Assembly (NCBI GenBank): GCA_963604075.1
Contig: CAVCPW010000259.1
Span: forward strand, 1 to 57,278
Length of the DNA stretch: 57,278 nucleotides
DNA from: Anaerovoracaceae bacterium
GTDB taxonomy: Bacteria > Bacillota > Clostridia > Lachnospirales > Lachnospiraceae
Reading direction: 5' to 3'
Shown here one piece after another: positions 37,180 to 46,964 of this stretch (positions are counted from its first letter, which is position 1; the number at the start of each line of letters is the position of its first letter). The notes beneath the pieces are model-generated. The model did not search any database and was not told the origin of the DNA. It worked only from the letters and a program-made list of their open reading frames with translations. A program made the translations under genes and the position numbers.

Positions 37180-37656
37180 ATGGAAATCAAGGTCAAACTA
37201 AATGGAAAAAATGTAATGGGCAATGTGGATGCCGATACCGTGCTGCTTGATTGGCTTCGTGAGAAAGGCTGTTTAAGTGTGAAGCGGGGCTGTGATACAT
37301 CGAACTGTGGCCTGTGTACAGTATTTTTTGATAAGAAACCGATTCTGTCCTGCTCAGAGTTGGCTATAAGGGCAGATGGTCATGAAATTAAGACACTTGA
37401 GGGCTTACAGGATGAAGCACAGGAGTTTATCGGATTTATTGCAGATCAGGGAGCAGACCAGTGTGGATTTTGCAATCCAGGCTTTGTAATGAATACGATT
37501 GCCCTTCTTCGTGAGAATCCAGATCCGACAGACAATGAAATTCGCGAATTTCTTGCCGGAAATCTGTGTCGTTGTTCCGGCTATGAGGGACAGCTTCGTG
37601 GAATCCGAAACTTCCTTGACAGTCGCAAGGCAGCCTGTTCGGAAGAAGCAAAGTAA
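37180..37656 (+). CDS. xanthine dehydrogenase-family (2Fe-2S) subunit
   Basis: GCDTSNCGLCTV, QCGFCNPG, GNLCRCSGY. Confidence 0.93.
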   Translation: MEIKVKLNGKNVMGNVDADTVLLDWLREKGCLSVKRGCDTSNCGLCTVFFDKKPILSCSELAIRADGHEIKTLEGLQDEAQEFIGFIADQGADQCGFCNPGFVMNTIALLRENPDPTDNEIREFLAGNLCRCSGYEGQLRGIRNFLDSRKAACSEEAK

Positions 37657-37756
37657 GAGAAAGTGAAAAAACAGATACTGATGATTTGATAGTCAGAAGA
37701 CTTGAAGTAAGAGAAAGTGAAAAAATAGATACTGATAATTTGATAGTCAGAAGACT
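37651..37756. repeat. 54-bp direct tandem duplication including the stop codon of the 2Fe-2S gene
   Basis: AAGTAAGAGAAAGTGAAAAAA(C/T)AGATACTGAT(G/A)ATTTGATAGTCAGAAGACT at 37651 and 37705. Confidence 0.88.
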
Positions 37757-37866
37757 GAATGACTAGGTGATAAATTAAATGATAACCAAATATTGCCGTG
37801 AAGCTCCTTGCTGTGGCTATGGAGATATAAGACACTATTAGAAAAAATATAAGGATAAATGAAAAT

Positions 37867-40158
37867 ATGAAGCAGACAGAATATAAATCAATAAATAAAT
37901 CCGTTCGAAAAAAGGATGCCATGCAGCTGCTCACTGGAAAGCCTGTTTATACCGATGATGTAACGCCAAACGATGCGCTGGTCGTTAAAATTTTGCGTTC
38001 TCCTCATGCCAATGCAATCGTGCAGGAGATCAATACAAAGTCAGCAAAGCTGGTTCCGGGAGTAGTAGATGTGTATACATGGGAGGATGTGCCAAAGCAT
38101 CGTTTTGCCATAGCAGGTCAGACATTTCCGGAACCATCCCCATATGACCGCCTGATTATTGATCGTCATGTGCGTTTTTCAGGCGATGTAGTGGCCATTA
38201 TTGCAGCAGAAAATGAGAAGGCTGCACTCAAGGCAATGAAGATGATCAAGGTTAAGTACGAAGTGCTTGAACCGGTGCTAGATTTTCATGCTGCGAAGGA
38301 CAATCCGGTGCTCGTTCATCCGGAGGAGGACTGGTTTCCGCCATGTCAGGTCGGTGGTGATAATAATAGGAATCTTGTCGCAAGCGGTGCTGAATCAAAC
38401 GGTGATGTCGACGGTATCATGGCGGACTGCGATATCGTGATAGACCATAAATATCATATGAGAGCATTCAATCAGGCAATGATGGAACCATTCATCTGCT
38501 ATACGACACTCGATCGCTATGGTAGACTTCATGTCATTTCATCTACGCAGATTGTATTCCATACACGTCGTATCCTTTCTAATGCGCTCGGCATTCCAAA
38601 GAGTCGTATTCGCGTCGAAAAGCCGCGTATCGGAGGTGGTTTTGGCGCCAAGCAGACAGCAGTCTGCGAAGTATATTCGGCATTTGTCACGATGAAGACT
38701 GGCCGTCCGGCAAAGATCAATTATACCAGAAAAGAAGCACAGATTGCAGGTTCCCCACGTCATGAGATGGAAGTGCATGTACGCCTTGGTGCCAGCAAGG
38801 AAGGAAAAATCAGAGTACTCGATATGTATACGCTGTCAAATTCGGGAGCATATGGCGAGCATGGCCCGACAACTGTTGGTCTGTCCGGTCATAAGTCGAT
38901 TCCACTGTATACTGGTTCACTTGAGGCATTTCGCTTCAGCTATGATGTTGTCTACACGAATCATCAGGCAGCAGGTGCATACCGTGGCTATGGTGCGACA
39001 CAGGGTATATTTGCGCTGGAGTCTGCCGTGAATGAGCTTGCAGAAAAAATTGGGATGGATCCAACTGTGATCCGCGATAAAAATATGATTAGAGAGGGCA
39101 TGGTCATGCCGGCTTATTATGGTGAGACTGCAAATGCCTGTGCGCTTGACCGTTGTATGGCGCATTGTAAAAAAATGTTTAATTGGGATGAACGCTACCC
39201 AGTGCGTGATATGGGCAATGGCAAGGTGCGTGCCGCAGGAGTCGCAATGGCCATGCAGGGAAGCTGTATCTCAAATCTAGATGTCGGTTCCGCAACCTTG
39301 AGATTAAATGAGGACGGAGGCTATAACCTGCTAATCGGTGCGGCTGATATGGGTACTGGCTGTGATACGATTCTGGCGCAGATGGCAGCAGAGTGTATGG
39401 ATTGCAGCGTGGACGATATTGCCGTATTTGGAGCGGATACCGATGCATCACCATACGACTCAGGTTCCTACGCGTCCTCTACGACATATATCACAGGCAA
39501 GGCAGTAGAGAAAGCTTGTACGCAGCTTAAGAAAAATATAAGTGAAATTGCTGCTGAGATGATGAAATGCAAGAAAGACGAGGTTGTATTTGAGCGTGGT
39601 CAGGTGCGATGCATTACGACAGGGCAGACAGTTTCGTTGTCTAGTATTGCCTATAGATCACAGGCTGCAAGCAACAGTGCGGCAGAGGCTACTGCTTCTA
39701 ACTTCTCACCTGTATCTCCGCCACCATATATGGTTGGAATGGTAGAAATCGAGCTAGATAAGCTGACGGGTGAAGTGAAAATTATTGACTACATGGCTGT
39801 AGTAGACTGCGGTGTCACAATCAATCCGGCACTGGCAAGAGTTCAGGCAGAGGGCGGAATCGTGCAGGGCATTGGTCATACGCTTATGGAAAATGTCACC
39901 TACGATAAGTCTGGACGTCCGATTGAATCTTCCTTTATGCAGTACAAGATCCCAACGCGCCTGGATATGGGTAAGTTAAAGGTTGAGTTCGAGGAAAGCT
40001 ACGAGCCGACTGGACCGTTTGGCGCGAAATCTATCGGTGAGATCGTTATCAACACACCAGGCCCGGCTATCGCTCATGCGATTTACCGCGCAACCGGCGT
40101 ATGGCATAGAGAACTGCCAATCACACCAGAGAAGATTGCAATGTCAATTACAGAATAA
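37867..40158 (+). CDS. xanthine dehydrogenase-family molybdopterin-binding subunit (XdhD-like)
   Basis: LRSPHANA, IGGGFGAKQ, AYRGYG, DMGTG, SYASSTT, GAKSIGE. Confidence 0.93.
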   Translation: MKQTEYKSINKSVRKKDAMQLLTGKPVYTDDVTPNDALVVKILRSPHANAIVQEINTKSAKLVPGVVDVYTWEDVPKHRFAIAGQTFPEPSPYDRLIIDRHVRFSGDVVAIIAAENEKAALKAMKMIKVKYEVLEPVLDFHAAKDNPVLVHPEEDWFPPCQVGGDNNRNLVASGAESNGDVDGIMADCDIVIDHKYHMRAFNQAMMEPFICYTTLDRYGRLHVISSTQIVFHTRRILSNALGIPKSRIRVEKPRIGGGFGAKQTAVCEVYSAFVTMKTGRPAKINYTRKEAQIAGSPRHEMEVHVRLGASKEGKIRVLDMYTLSNSGAYGEHGPTTVGLSGHKSIPLYTGSLEAFRFSYDVVYTNHQAAGAYRGYGATQGIFALESAVNELAEKIGMDPTVIRDKNMIREGMVMPAYYGETANACALDRCMAHCKKMFNWDERYPVRDMGNGKVRAAGVAMAMQGSCISNLDVGSATLRLNEDGGYNLLIGAADMGTGCDTILAQMAAECMDCSVDDIAVFGADTDASPYDSGSYASSTTYITGKAVEKACTQLKKNISEIAAEMMKCKKDEVVFERGQVRCITTGQTVSLSSIAYRSQAASNSAAEATASNFSPVSPPPYMVGMVEIELDKLTGEVKIIDYMAVVDCGVTINPALARVQAEGGIVQGIGHTLMENVTYDKSGRPIESSFMQYKIPTRLDMGKLKVEFEESYEPTGPFGAKSIGEIVINTPGPAIAHAIYRATGVWHRELPITPEKIAMSITE

Positions 40159-40175
40159 AGATATAGTTCGATACC

Positions 40176-40213
40176 AAGTCAAGCGGATATTCGCAATCCG
40201 CTTCGCTACTTGC
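40176..40213 (-). repeat. dispersed GTAG-type intergenic repeat, copy 3 (palindromic variant)
   Basis: Reverse complement GCAAGTAGCGAAGCGGATTGCGAATATCCGCTTGACTT. Confidence 0.88.
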
Positions 40214-40229
40214 TCATAACCAAATAATT

Positions 40230-40260
40230 GCTCAGACTTCTATAAGTCGGAGTAGTTCAT
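40230..40260 (+). repeat. IS200/IS605 right-end-like solo hairpin
   Basis: GCTCAGACTT-CTAT-AAGTCGGAG-TAGTTCAT. Confidence 0.6.
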
Positions 40261-40364
40261 TTCTTCGGTGATTTGATTTGACTGAAGGTGGGAATAAAAA
40301 TAATCACAAAGGATTCATAGTACAAATAAACACAAAAGATTCACAGAACAATGCGTGTTTTATG

Positions 40365-40393
40365 TTGACAGATAAAATAATAAGTGTTATAGT
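40365..40393 (+). promoter_or_regulatory. sigma-A promoter (extended -10) of the DnaJ-domain gene
   Basis: TTGACA-17-TATAGT with TG-N before the -10. Confidence 0.8.
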
Positions 40394-40524
40394 ACAGATA
40401 GAGCAGAAAAAACATCAATCGTATTCTGCCATTAAATAGAAACAAGCAACAGTTAAGCACGAATCTTCCTTTGCTTGTCATATAGAAAGCAACAGGAGCA
40501 TTGTATAAAAAAGGAGTGAGAACT

Positions 40525-41670
40525 GTGAAAAGAGATTACTATGAAATACTTGGAGTCAGCCGAAGTGCGGACGCATCTGCAATAAAGAAAGCATATCGAA
40601 AGCTCGCAAAGAGGTACCACCCAGACAGCAATGTCGGGGATGCATCTGCAGCAGAGCATTTTAAGGAAGTAAATGAGGCTTACGATATCCTCGGTGACGA
40701 GAAAAAGCGTAAGCTTTACGATCAATATGGTCATGCAGCCTTCGAGGAAGGCTTTGGTCAGGGCGCAAACAGTTACTCTGGCAATTATTCCGGTAGAGCA
40801 GGCGGCTTTGGCGGATTTTCCGGATTCAGGAATGGCGGTTCAAATGGCGGCTATCAGGAATTCCATTTTAATGGAAGCGATGCTGACATGGAAGATATCT
40901 TAAAAAATATGTTCGGGGGTGGCCATTTTAGCGATGGCTTTGGTTCTGGTTCAGGAAGAAGGAGCTATTCATCCGGCAACTTTAATTCTAATGGCTTCGG
41001 CTCAGGGTTTGGTCAGAGTACAAACGATTACAACAGCTATTCGGACTTTGGATCTAACTATGGAGCAGGAGCTGGTTTTTCCTCGAACTTTGGCAGTGAA
41101 GCAGGAGCTGATTCACTTGATGTCAATGCAGAGGTTACAGTCAGCTTTGACGAGGCAGCATTTGGTGCCAATAAGAGGATTCGCTTACAAGGATCGGACA
41201 GCAAGACGCAGACGCTTGAAATCAAAATTCCAGCTGGCATTGACTCCGGCAAGACCATTCGTCTGAAAGGAAAGGGCAGTACCGGTCGAAACGGACGCAC
41301 CGGTGATCTGTTACTAAAAATAACAGTACAGGATAAGCCGGGATTTAGACGTGAAGGAATGGACATCTACACTACTGTACAGATTCCATTTACCACAGCT
41401 GTATTCGGCGGAGAGGCACGTATACAGACAATTCATGGTGACGTCATTTGCAAGATCAAGCCTGGTACCCAGTCAGGCAGCAAGATTCGTCTGAAAGGAA
41501 AGGGCGTTGTCTCCATGAAGGACGCCAGGATCTTTGGTGATCAGTATGCAGTTGTTGAAATTCAAGTGCCGACGACACTTACACCGCAGGCTGCAAAGAA
41601 GCTGCGTGAATTCGAGGCAGAGTGTGCAAAATCCTCCCAGAGCACATCGAACGGCTCGCATGCAGCTTGA
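40525..41670 (+). CDS. class II DnaJ protein (CbpA-like, no zinc finger)
   Basis: DYYEILGV...YHPD J-domain, long G/F/S-rich linker, DnaJ C-terminal domain, no CxxCxGxG repeats; GTG start after AGGAG. Confidence 0.92.
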   Translation: MKRDYYEILGVSRSADASAIKKAYRKLAKRYHPDSNVGDASAAEHFKEVNEAYDILGDEKKRKLYDQYGHAAFEEGFGQGANSYSGNYSGRAGGFGGFSGFRNGGSNGGYQEFHFNGSDADMEDILKNMFGGGHFSDGFGSGSGRRSYSSGNFNSNGFGSGFGQSTNDYNSYSDFGSNYGAGAGFSSNFGSEAGADSLDVNAEVTVSFDEAAFGANKRIRLQGSDSKTQTLEIKIPAGIDSGKTIRLKGKGSTGRNGRTGDLLLKITVQDKPGFRREGMDIYTTVQIPFTTAVFGGEARIQTIHGDVICKIKPGTQSGSKIRLKGKGVVSMKDARIFGDQYAVVEIQVPTTLTPQAAKKLREFEAECAKSSQSTSNGSHAA

Positions 41671-41683
41671 TATAGCATTCACG

Positions 41684-41722
41684 ACTCCCATCATCCAATT
41701 GGATTCGATGGGAGTTTTTTTG
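41684..41722 (+). terminator. intrinsic terminator
   Basis: ACTCCCATC...GATGGGAGT followed by a T-run. Confidence 0.8.
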
Positions 41723-41780
41723 TTGCTATTTGAGAATCATTTCGCTATAATAGCTATGTTGAAAAAAGGAGGAACTAATT

Positions 41781-42704
41781 ATGTCAATGGAAATCGTGTT
41801 TGAGCAGATTCTTGTCATTTTCGGCTATATAATCGTCGGATATGCAGCAGGAAAGCTTAAAATCATCAACAAAGAGCAACAGCGTTATCTTTCAAAACTG
41901 ATATCGTCGCTTATACTTCCATTTACTGTGCTGTCAGCTAGCAGCATGGAGGTGAACGGGAGTGATCTTATCAACATAGCGGAAGCAGTAGCGCTTTTGT
42001 TTGGCTGTCTTGCACTTACGTCAGCAGGAGTGCTGGTATATGCAAAAGTCAAAAAACTGCCTGATGAAAAAAAGGCTGCCTATACCGGATTATGTACATA
42101 TCCGAATTGTACTTTTATCGGAATGCCGCTATGTATCGCACTTATGGGAGAGTGGGGCACACTCTACGGCGCAGCAGGAATCATTTCATTTAATATGCTG
42201 TTTTTCACACTTCAGGTATCACTATTTACAAGACAGAAATTCCATCCAAAGGTATTTCTTACGCCGCTTAATATTAGCACGTTGTTACTGATATTGATGC
42301 TGATATTTCATGTACAGTTTCCAACGCCGCTTCAAACAGTATGTTCAAATATCGGAGGAATCACTACACCACTTGCACTTATCATTGTAGGTGTTATGTT
42401 GGCAGACGGAAATCTGTCAGAAATCATAACAGAGAAGCGTTCATATGTTATTTCACTGGTTAGAAATATCATTTGCCCGCTTGTCATGCTGGTAGTAATG
42501 GCAGTGCTTCCACTTGATCAGAATCTTCGCATGGCTGTGTTAATTTACGTGGCATGCCCTGTAGCAAATCTTACGAGCGTATATGCAATTCAAAGTGATA
42601 TGGAGCCGGCACTGTGTGCTAGAGCAACGCTTTTGTCAACGATTCTTTTTATCGTGACAATCCCAACTATAATATGGATTGGACAGATGGTTTACGGTTT
42701 CTAA
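41781..42704 (+). CDS. AEC (auxin efflux carrier)-family membrane transporter
   Basis: 307 aa with about 10 TM segments; PNCTFIGMPL, TPLALIIVG, ACPVA motifs. Confidence 0.88.
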   Translation: MSMEIVFEQILVIFGYIIVGYAAGKLKIINKEQQRYLSKLISSLILPFTVLSASSMEVNGSDLINIAEAVALLFGCLALTSAGVLVYAKVKKLPDEKKAAYTGLCTYPNCTFIGMPLCIALMGEWGTLYGAAGIISFNMLFFTLQVSLFTRQKFHPKVFLTPLNISTLLLILMLIFHVQFPTPLQTVCSNIGGITTPLALIIVGVMLADGNLSEIITEKRSYVISLVRNIICPLVMLVVMAVLPLDQNLRMAVLIYVACPVANLTSVYAIQSDMEPALCARATLLSTILFIVTIPTIIWIGQMVYGF

Positions 42705-42726
42705 TGTTTTGTGGGTATTCAGTGTC

Positions 42727-42744
42727 GTGTTAATTTTTTAACAA
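42727..42744. promoter_or_regulatory. putative Rex operator upstream of pckA
   Basis: GTGTTAA-TTTT-TTAACAA, one mismatch to the clostridial TTGTTAA-N4-TTAACAA consensus. Confidence 0.55.
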
Positions 42745-42904
42745 AAATGGACAAAAACAGGTAAAATGCCCCATCTAATTAGTAAAAAAAGCGATTGACT
42801 TTTGGGGAAAATTCTGGAATAATATAGATAGATTGGGGCAATTTGAGGATATGCCCAAAAGCCGCCAATTGTACAGATATTAAGAAAAGAGAGGTTAATG
42901 TAAA

Positions 42905-44512
42905 ATGGCAAAAGTGGATTTAAGCCAGTATGGTATTACTGGAACTACAGAAGTTGTATACAATCCTTCTTATGAAGATCTGTTTGCAGAGGAGACAAAG
43001 CCGGAGTTAGAGGGCTATGAGAAGGGACAGGTTACCGAACTGGGTGCTGTTAATGTCATGACTGGTATTTACACCGGACGTTCTCCTAAGGATAAGTTCA
43101 TCGTTATGGATGAGAATTCTAAGGACACTGTATGGTGGACCTCTGATGAGTACAAGAATGACAACCATCCGGCTAGCAAAGAGGCATGGGCAGCAGTTAA
43201 GAAGATCGCTCAGGATGAGCTTTCAAACAAGAAGCTGTATGTCGTAGATGCATTCTGCGGTGCAAATAAGGATACCAGAATGGCAGTTCGTTTCATCGTA
43301 GAGGTTGCTTGGCAGGCTCATTTCGTAACTAACATGTTCATCCGTCCTACAGAGGAAGAGCTTAAGGATTTCAAGCCAGATTTCGTTGTTTACAATGCAT
43401 CTAAGGCTAAGGTTGAGAACTACAAGGAGCTGGGTCTGAATTCTGAGACAGCTGTTGTATTCAACATCACCAGCCATGAGCAGGTTATCATCAATACATG
43501 GTACGGCGGCGAGATGAAGAAGGGTATGTTCTCTATGATGAACTACTTCCTTCCATTAAAGGGTATGGCTTCCATGCACTGCTCCGCTAACACCGATATG
43601 AACGGTGAGAATACCGCTATCTTCTTTGGTCTGTCTGGAACAGGTAAGACTACTCTGTCTACCGACCCGAAGCGTCTTCTGATTGGTGATGACGAGCACG
43701 GATGGGATGACAACGGAGTATTCAACTTCGAGGGTGGATGCTACGCAAAGGTTATCAACCTGGATAAGGATTCCGAGCCGGATATCTACAATGCAATCAA
43801 GAGAAACGCTCTTCTTGAGAACGTTACTGTTGATGAGAATGGCAAGATCGATTTCACTGATAAGAGCGTAACCGAGAATACTCGTGTATCTTATCCGATC
43901 GAGCACATCGAGAAGATCGTTCGTCCAATCTCCGCTGCTCCGGCTGCAAAGAACGTTATCTTCCTGTCTGCAGATGCATTCGGCGTACTGCCGCCAGTAT
44001 CTATTCTGACTCCAGAGCAGACAAAGTACTACTTCCTGTCTGGTTTCACCGCTAAGTTAGCAGGTACCGAGCGTGGTATCACCGAGCCGACCCCAACCTT
44101 CTCCGCTTGCTTCGGACAGGCATTCCTTGAGCTGCATCCGACCAAGTACGCAGAAGAGCTGGTTAAGAAGATGGAGAAGAGCGGTGCAAAGGCATATCTG
44201 GTAAATACCGGATGGAATGGTACCGGAAAGCGTATCTCCATTAAGGATACCCGTGGTATCATCGATGCAATTCTGGATGGTTCCATCACAACTGCACCTA
44301 CAAAGCAGATTCCGATGTTCAACTTCGAGGTTCCGACTTCACTTCCGGGTGTTGATCCGCAGATTCTTGATCCTCGTGACACCTACGCTGATGCTTCTGA
44401 GTGGGAGGCAAAGGCAAAGGATCTGGCTAGCCGTTTCGTAAAGAACTTCAAGAAGTATGAGGGCAACGAGGCTGGTAAGGCTTTAGTAGCTGCAGGTCCG
44501 AAGGCTGAATAA
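42905..44512 (+). CDS. pckA: phosphoenolpyruvate carboxykinase (ATP)
   Basis: [56 protein letters not shown]. Confidence 0.98.
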   Translation: MAKVDLSQYGITGTTEVVYNPSYEDLFAEETKPELEGYEKGQVTELGAVNVMTGIYTGRSPKDKFIVMDENSKDTVWWTSDEYKNDNHPASKEAWAAVKKIAQDELSNKKLYVVDAFCGANKDTRMAVRFIVEVAWQAHFVTNMFIRPTEEELKDFKPDFVVYNASKAKVENYKELGLNSETAVVFNITSHEQVIINTWYGGEMKKGMFSMMNYFLPLKGMASMHCSANTDMNGENTAIFFGLSGTGKTTLSTDPKRLLIGDDEHGWDDNGVFNFEGGCYAKVINLDKDSEPDIYNAIKRNALLENVTVDENGKIDFTDKSVTENTRVSYPIEHIEKIVRPISAAPAAKNVIFLSADAFGVLPPVSILTPEQTKYYFLSGFTAKLAGTERGITEPTPTFSACFGQAFLELHPTKYAEELVKKMEKSGAKAYLVNTGWNGTGKRISIKDTRGIIDAILDGSITTAPTKQIPMFNFEVPTSLPGVDPQILDPRDTYADASEWEAKAKDLASRFVKNFKKYEGNEAGKALVAAGPKAE

Positions 44513-44559
44513 TTCGAGATTCGATTTAAAATTCAGAATTCAACTGATTAATGAAAATG

Positions 44560-44593
44560 AAAGCGGGTCATGCGAAAGCATGGCTCGCTTTTT
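44560..44593 (+). terminator. intrinsic terminator of pckA
   Basis: AAAGCGGGTCATGC-GAAA-GCATGGCTCGCTTTTT. Confidence 0.88.
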
Positions 44594-44782
44594 ATTAATG
44601 AAAAAAATAGAAATGTTTTAAATAGAGAACCTTTTGCAACGCACTTGCGTTTTGCAAAGGGTTCTTTTATAATGAAGTGAGAAAATGTGCAGAAGAAAGC
44701 AATAATGAAATTATAGCAACAATCGAAATACAGGAATAATTATTTTACAAGAAGATGCAAGGATAAAATACAGGAGGGCAGA

Positions 44783-46060
44783 ATGAAAGAGGCAAAGGTA
44801 CTTGGAAGTATTGATATTACGGCAGCTGGTGGAGGAAAATGTCTGCTGGGTGATCTTGATGGAGATGGTCGTATGGAACTTGTTGTGGTTCAAGCGGATA
44901 ACGATATTGATGACCGATATGTGCCGCATCAGATTACGTGCGTAACTGCATATCGTTTAACAGGTGAAATGATTTGGCAGACAGGTGAGTGCCATGAAAA
45001 GTGTGGAAATTTCGGCTCAGATTTTCCAGCACAAGTATATGACATTGATGCAGATGGAAAGGCAGAAATTCTTTGTGTGATGAATCATGAATTTCTGGTT
45101 TTGGATGGAATGACAGGCAGCATAAAAGATCGTCATCCATTGCCAGACGAGCAGGCGCATGATTGTATTATTCTTGCGGATCTAACTGGAAAAGGACGTC
45201 CAACTGATATTATTTTGAAGGATCGCTATCGCAGAATGTGGGCACTTGATTGTGAGTGGAACTTGCTTTGGACGCATGAGGGGAATATCGGACATTTTCC
45301 GTGGACAGCCGATGTTAATGGTGACGGCTATGATGAGGTCATGGCCGGGTACGATTTGCTTGATCATAATGGAAAATTACTTTGGTCTTGTCATGACTTG
45401 GAGGATCATGCAGATTGTTTGTGGACTGGTGATGTGACGGGAAACGGTAGTGTGCAGATTGCAGTTGGTGGAAGTGTAACTTGTTTGTACGGCGCAGATG
45501 GAAAAGAAATCTGGCGTTATGATGGCTCAATCGAGTCGCAGCACATTGCACTTGGAAAATTCTGTCCAAAACTTCCGGGACTTCAGGTGGCAGGTCTGGA
45601 TCGTATCCGAAGAGGTGATGGATACAAGGGACAATGGGATGGAAAAGATGGCATGTTTTTGCTTGATTGCAACGGACATGAGCTCTGGAAGGAAGATCGA
45701 AAAACAAAGGGCTGGCTGACAATTGTGGATGCATTGTATGGATGGAATGGCGAAGACCGTGATTATATACTGGCTTATCGAAGAGGCGGCGGAGAGTTAC
45801 CGGCACTTTACGATGGACATATGCAGAAGGTAGTTGTATTTCCTCATGATGGTTACGTCATTCATGCAGACCTGTTTGGCAGAGGAAAGGAGGATGTAAT
45901 CGTTTATGATAAGAGTACCGCATGGATTTGCAGCGGCACTCCATATGATTTATCGCGAATGCCATCAGGCAAACTGATTCCACAGGTAAAACGCCTGTAT
46001 GCCTCAACATTATATCCGGGTGGTGTGTGCACGCGAAAGACCGACAGTAATAATGAATAA
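44783..46060 (+). CDS. beta-propeller protein with FG-GAP/Ca-binding repeats, rhamnogalacturonan lyase (PL11)-like
   Basis: Repeated DLDGDG, DIDADG, DVNGDGYDE, DVTGNG motifs; GH and DHAD His motifs as in PL11 propellers; no signal peptide. Confidence 0.65.
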   Translation: MKEAKVLGSIDITAAGGGKCLLGDLDGDGRMELVVVQADNDIDDRYVPHQITCVTAYRLTGEMIWQTGECHEKCGNFGSDFPAQVYDIDADGKAEILCVMNHEFLVLDGMTGSIKDRHPLPDEQAHDCIILADLTGKGRPTDIILKDRYRRMWALDCEWNLLWTHEGNIGHFPWTADVNGDGYDEVMAGYDLLDHNGKLLWSCHDLEDHADCLWTGDVTGNGSVQIAVGGSVTCLYGADGKEIWRYDGSIESQHIALGKFCPKLPGLQVAGLDRIRRGDGYKGQWDGKDGMFLLDCNGHELWKEDRKTKGWLTIVDALYGWNGEDRDYILAYRRGGGELPALYDGHMQKVVVFPHDGYVIHADLFGRGKEDVIVYDKSTAWICSGTPYDLSRMPSGKLIPQVKRLYASTLYPGGVCTRKTDSNNE

Positions 46061-46123
46061 TAAAAAATAACGATCACAGATACAAAAAAGGCAGAAAAAA
46101 TAAAGAGTAATAGTAAATATAAT

Positions 46124-46232
46124 CAAACTATGAAAGATAAGAAAAAATGCTAGCAGAAAACGTTCAAGCCATGAAAAATAAGAAAGATACTAGCAGAACA
46201 TATTCAATTCAAACTATGAAAAATAAGAAAGG
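46124..46232. repeat. 41-45-bp degenerate repeat x3
   Basis: CAA(A/G)C(T/C)ATGAAA(G/A)ATAAGAAA at 46124, 46165 and 46210. Confidence 0.7.
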
Positions 46233-46245
46233 AAACTGGAAAATC

Positions 46246-46887
46246 ATGATTCAAAGAAGCGAATACCGCGGCTGCGTAAAGGCAGGCATTTTAAAGGAGG
46301 ACTGGGAGGTCGCACTTGCTCAGACAAAGATACTAATTCAAGAACAAAAAGAGCAGGATAAGGTACTGACTGTCTGCCTGTATCAGCATAAAAATATGCT
46401 ATTTTTGTACATGGAGACTTTGCAGGATGGCATTTGCCCTGATACACTTCTTGCACCGCTTGCGCCATATATGGAGCAGTGGCCTGAGGAAGACGGATTA
46501 ACACCATGGGCACCGATGTACCACATTTATCATCACAGCATTCCGGGGGACGCTTCAGAGTGGATAAAAGAGCGTGCAACAAATGAGAAGCGCATTGGCC
46601 GCATTGCATTTTTAAAGCCGGAAAAGCTGTTTTCTTATACGTATTGGCACTACGCAATCGTTCAGGAAGGTCTGCTCAAAGGGGATAAGTACCAGTATAT
46701 TTCATTACATGAAAATGTGCTGTTTTCTTACTTTGAGGAGCCGCGTCACAATGTAAATATCACAGGAAAAGAGGAAGAATCAAAGGTAATTGACGGCTGG
46801 ATGGCAGTTGATCCGGAGAGCCATTTTGATCGAGAAAAGGCTTGCCAAAGTAACTTTCTTGTAATTGATCCGATTCTGATGGTGTAA
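46246..46887 (+). CDS. hypothetical protein with two L-rhamnose mutarotase-like half-domains
   Basis: LYQHKNMLFLYME and ISLHENVLFSYFE internal repeats; LKPEKLFSYTYWH resembles the RhaM N-terminal YxxxH motif. Confidence 0.55.
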   Translation: MIQRSEYRGCVKAGILKEDWEVALAQTKILIQEQKEQDKVLTVCLYQHKNMLFLYMETLQDGICPDTLLAPLAPYMEQWPEEDGLTPWAPMYHIYHHSIPGDASEWIKERATNEKRIGRIAFLKPEKLFSYTYWHYAIVQEGLLKGDKYQYISLHENVLFSYFEEPRHNVNITGKEEESKVIDGWMAVDPESHFDREKACQSNFLVIDPILMV

Positions 46888-46929
46888 ATACAAAAGAAAA
46901 TTGATGGCAAAAAATAAAGTAAAGTAGCA

Positions 46930-46964
46930 TCAACTACTCACCATCTAAAGGTAGTGGTTTTTGC
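46930..46964 (-). repeat. IS200/IS605 end-like solo hairpin
   Basis: Minus strand GCAAAAACCACTACC-TTTA-GATGGTGAG-TAGTTGA. Confidence 0.55.

Noticed and set aside
37867..40158. Selenocysteine recoding or frameshift in the Mo-hydroxylase genes
   Set aside because: All three subunits are uninterrupted full-length ORFs with no in-frame TGA.
40452..40480. CIRCE element before the dnaJ-like gene
   Set aside because: TTAAGCACGAATCTTCCTTTGCTTG only loosely resembles TTAGCACTC-N9-GAGTGCTAA, with too many mismatches.
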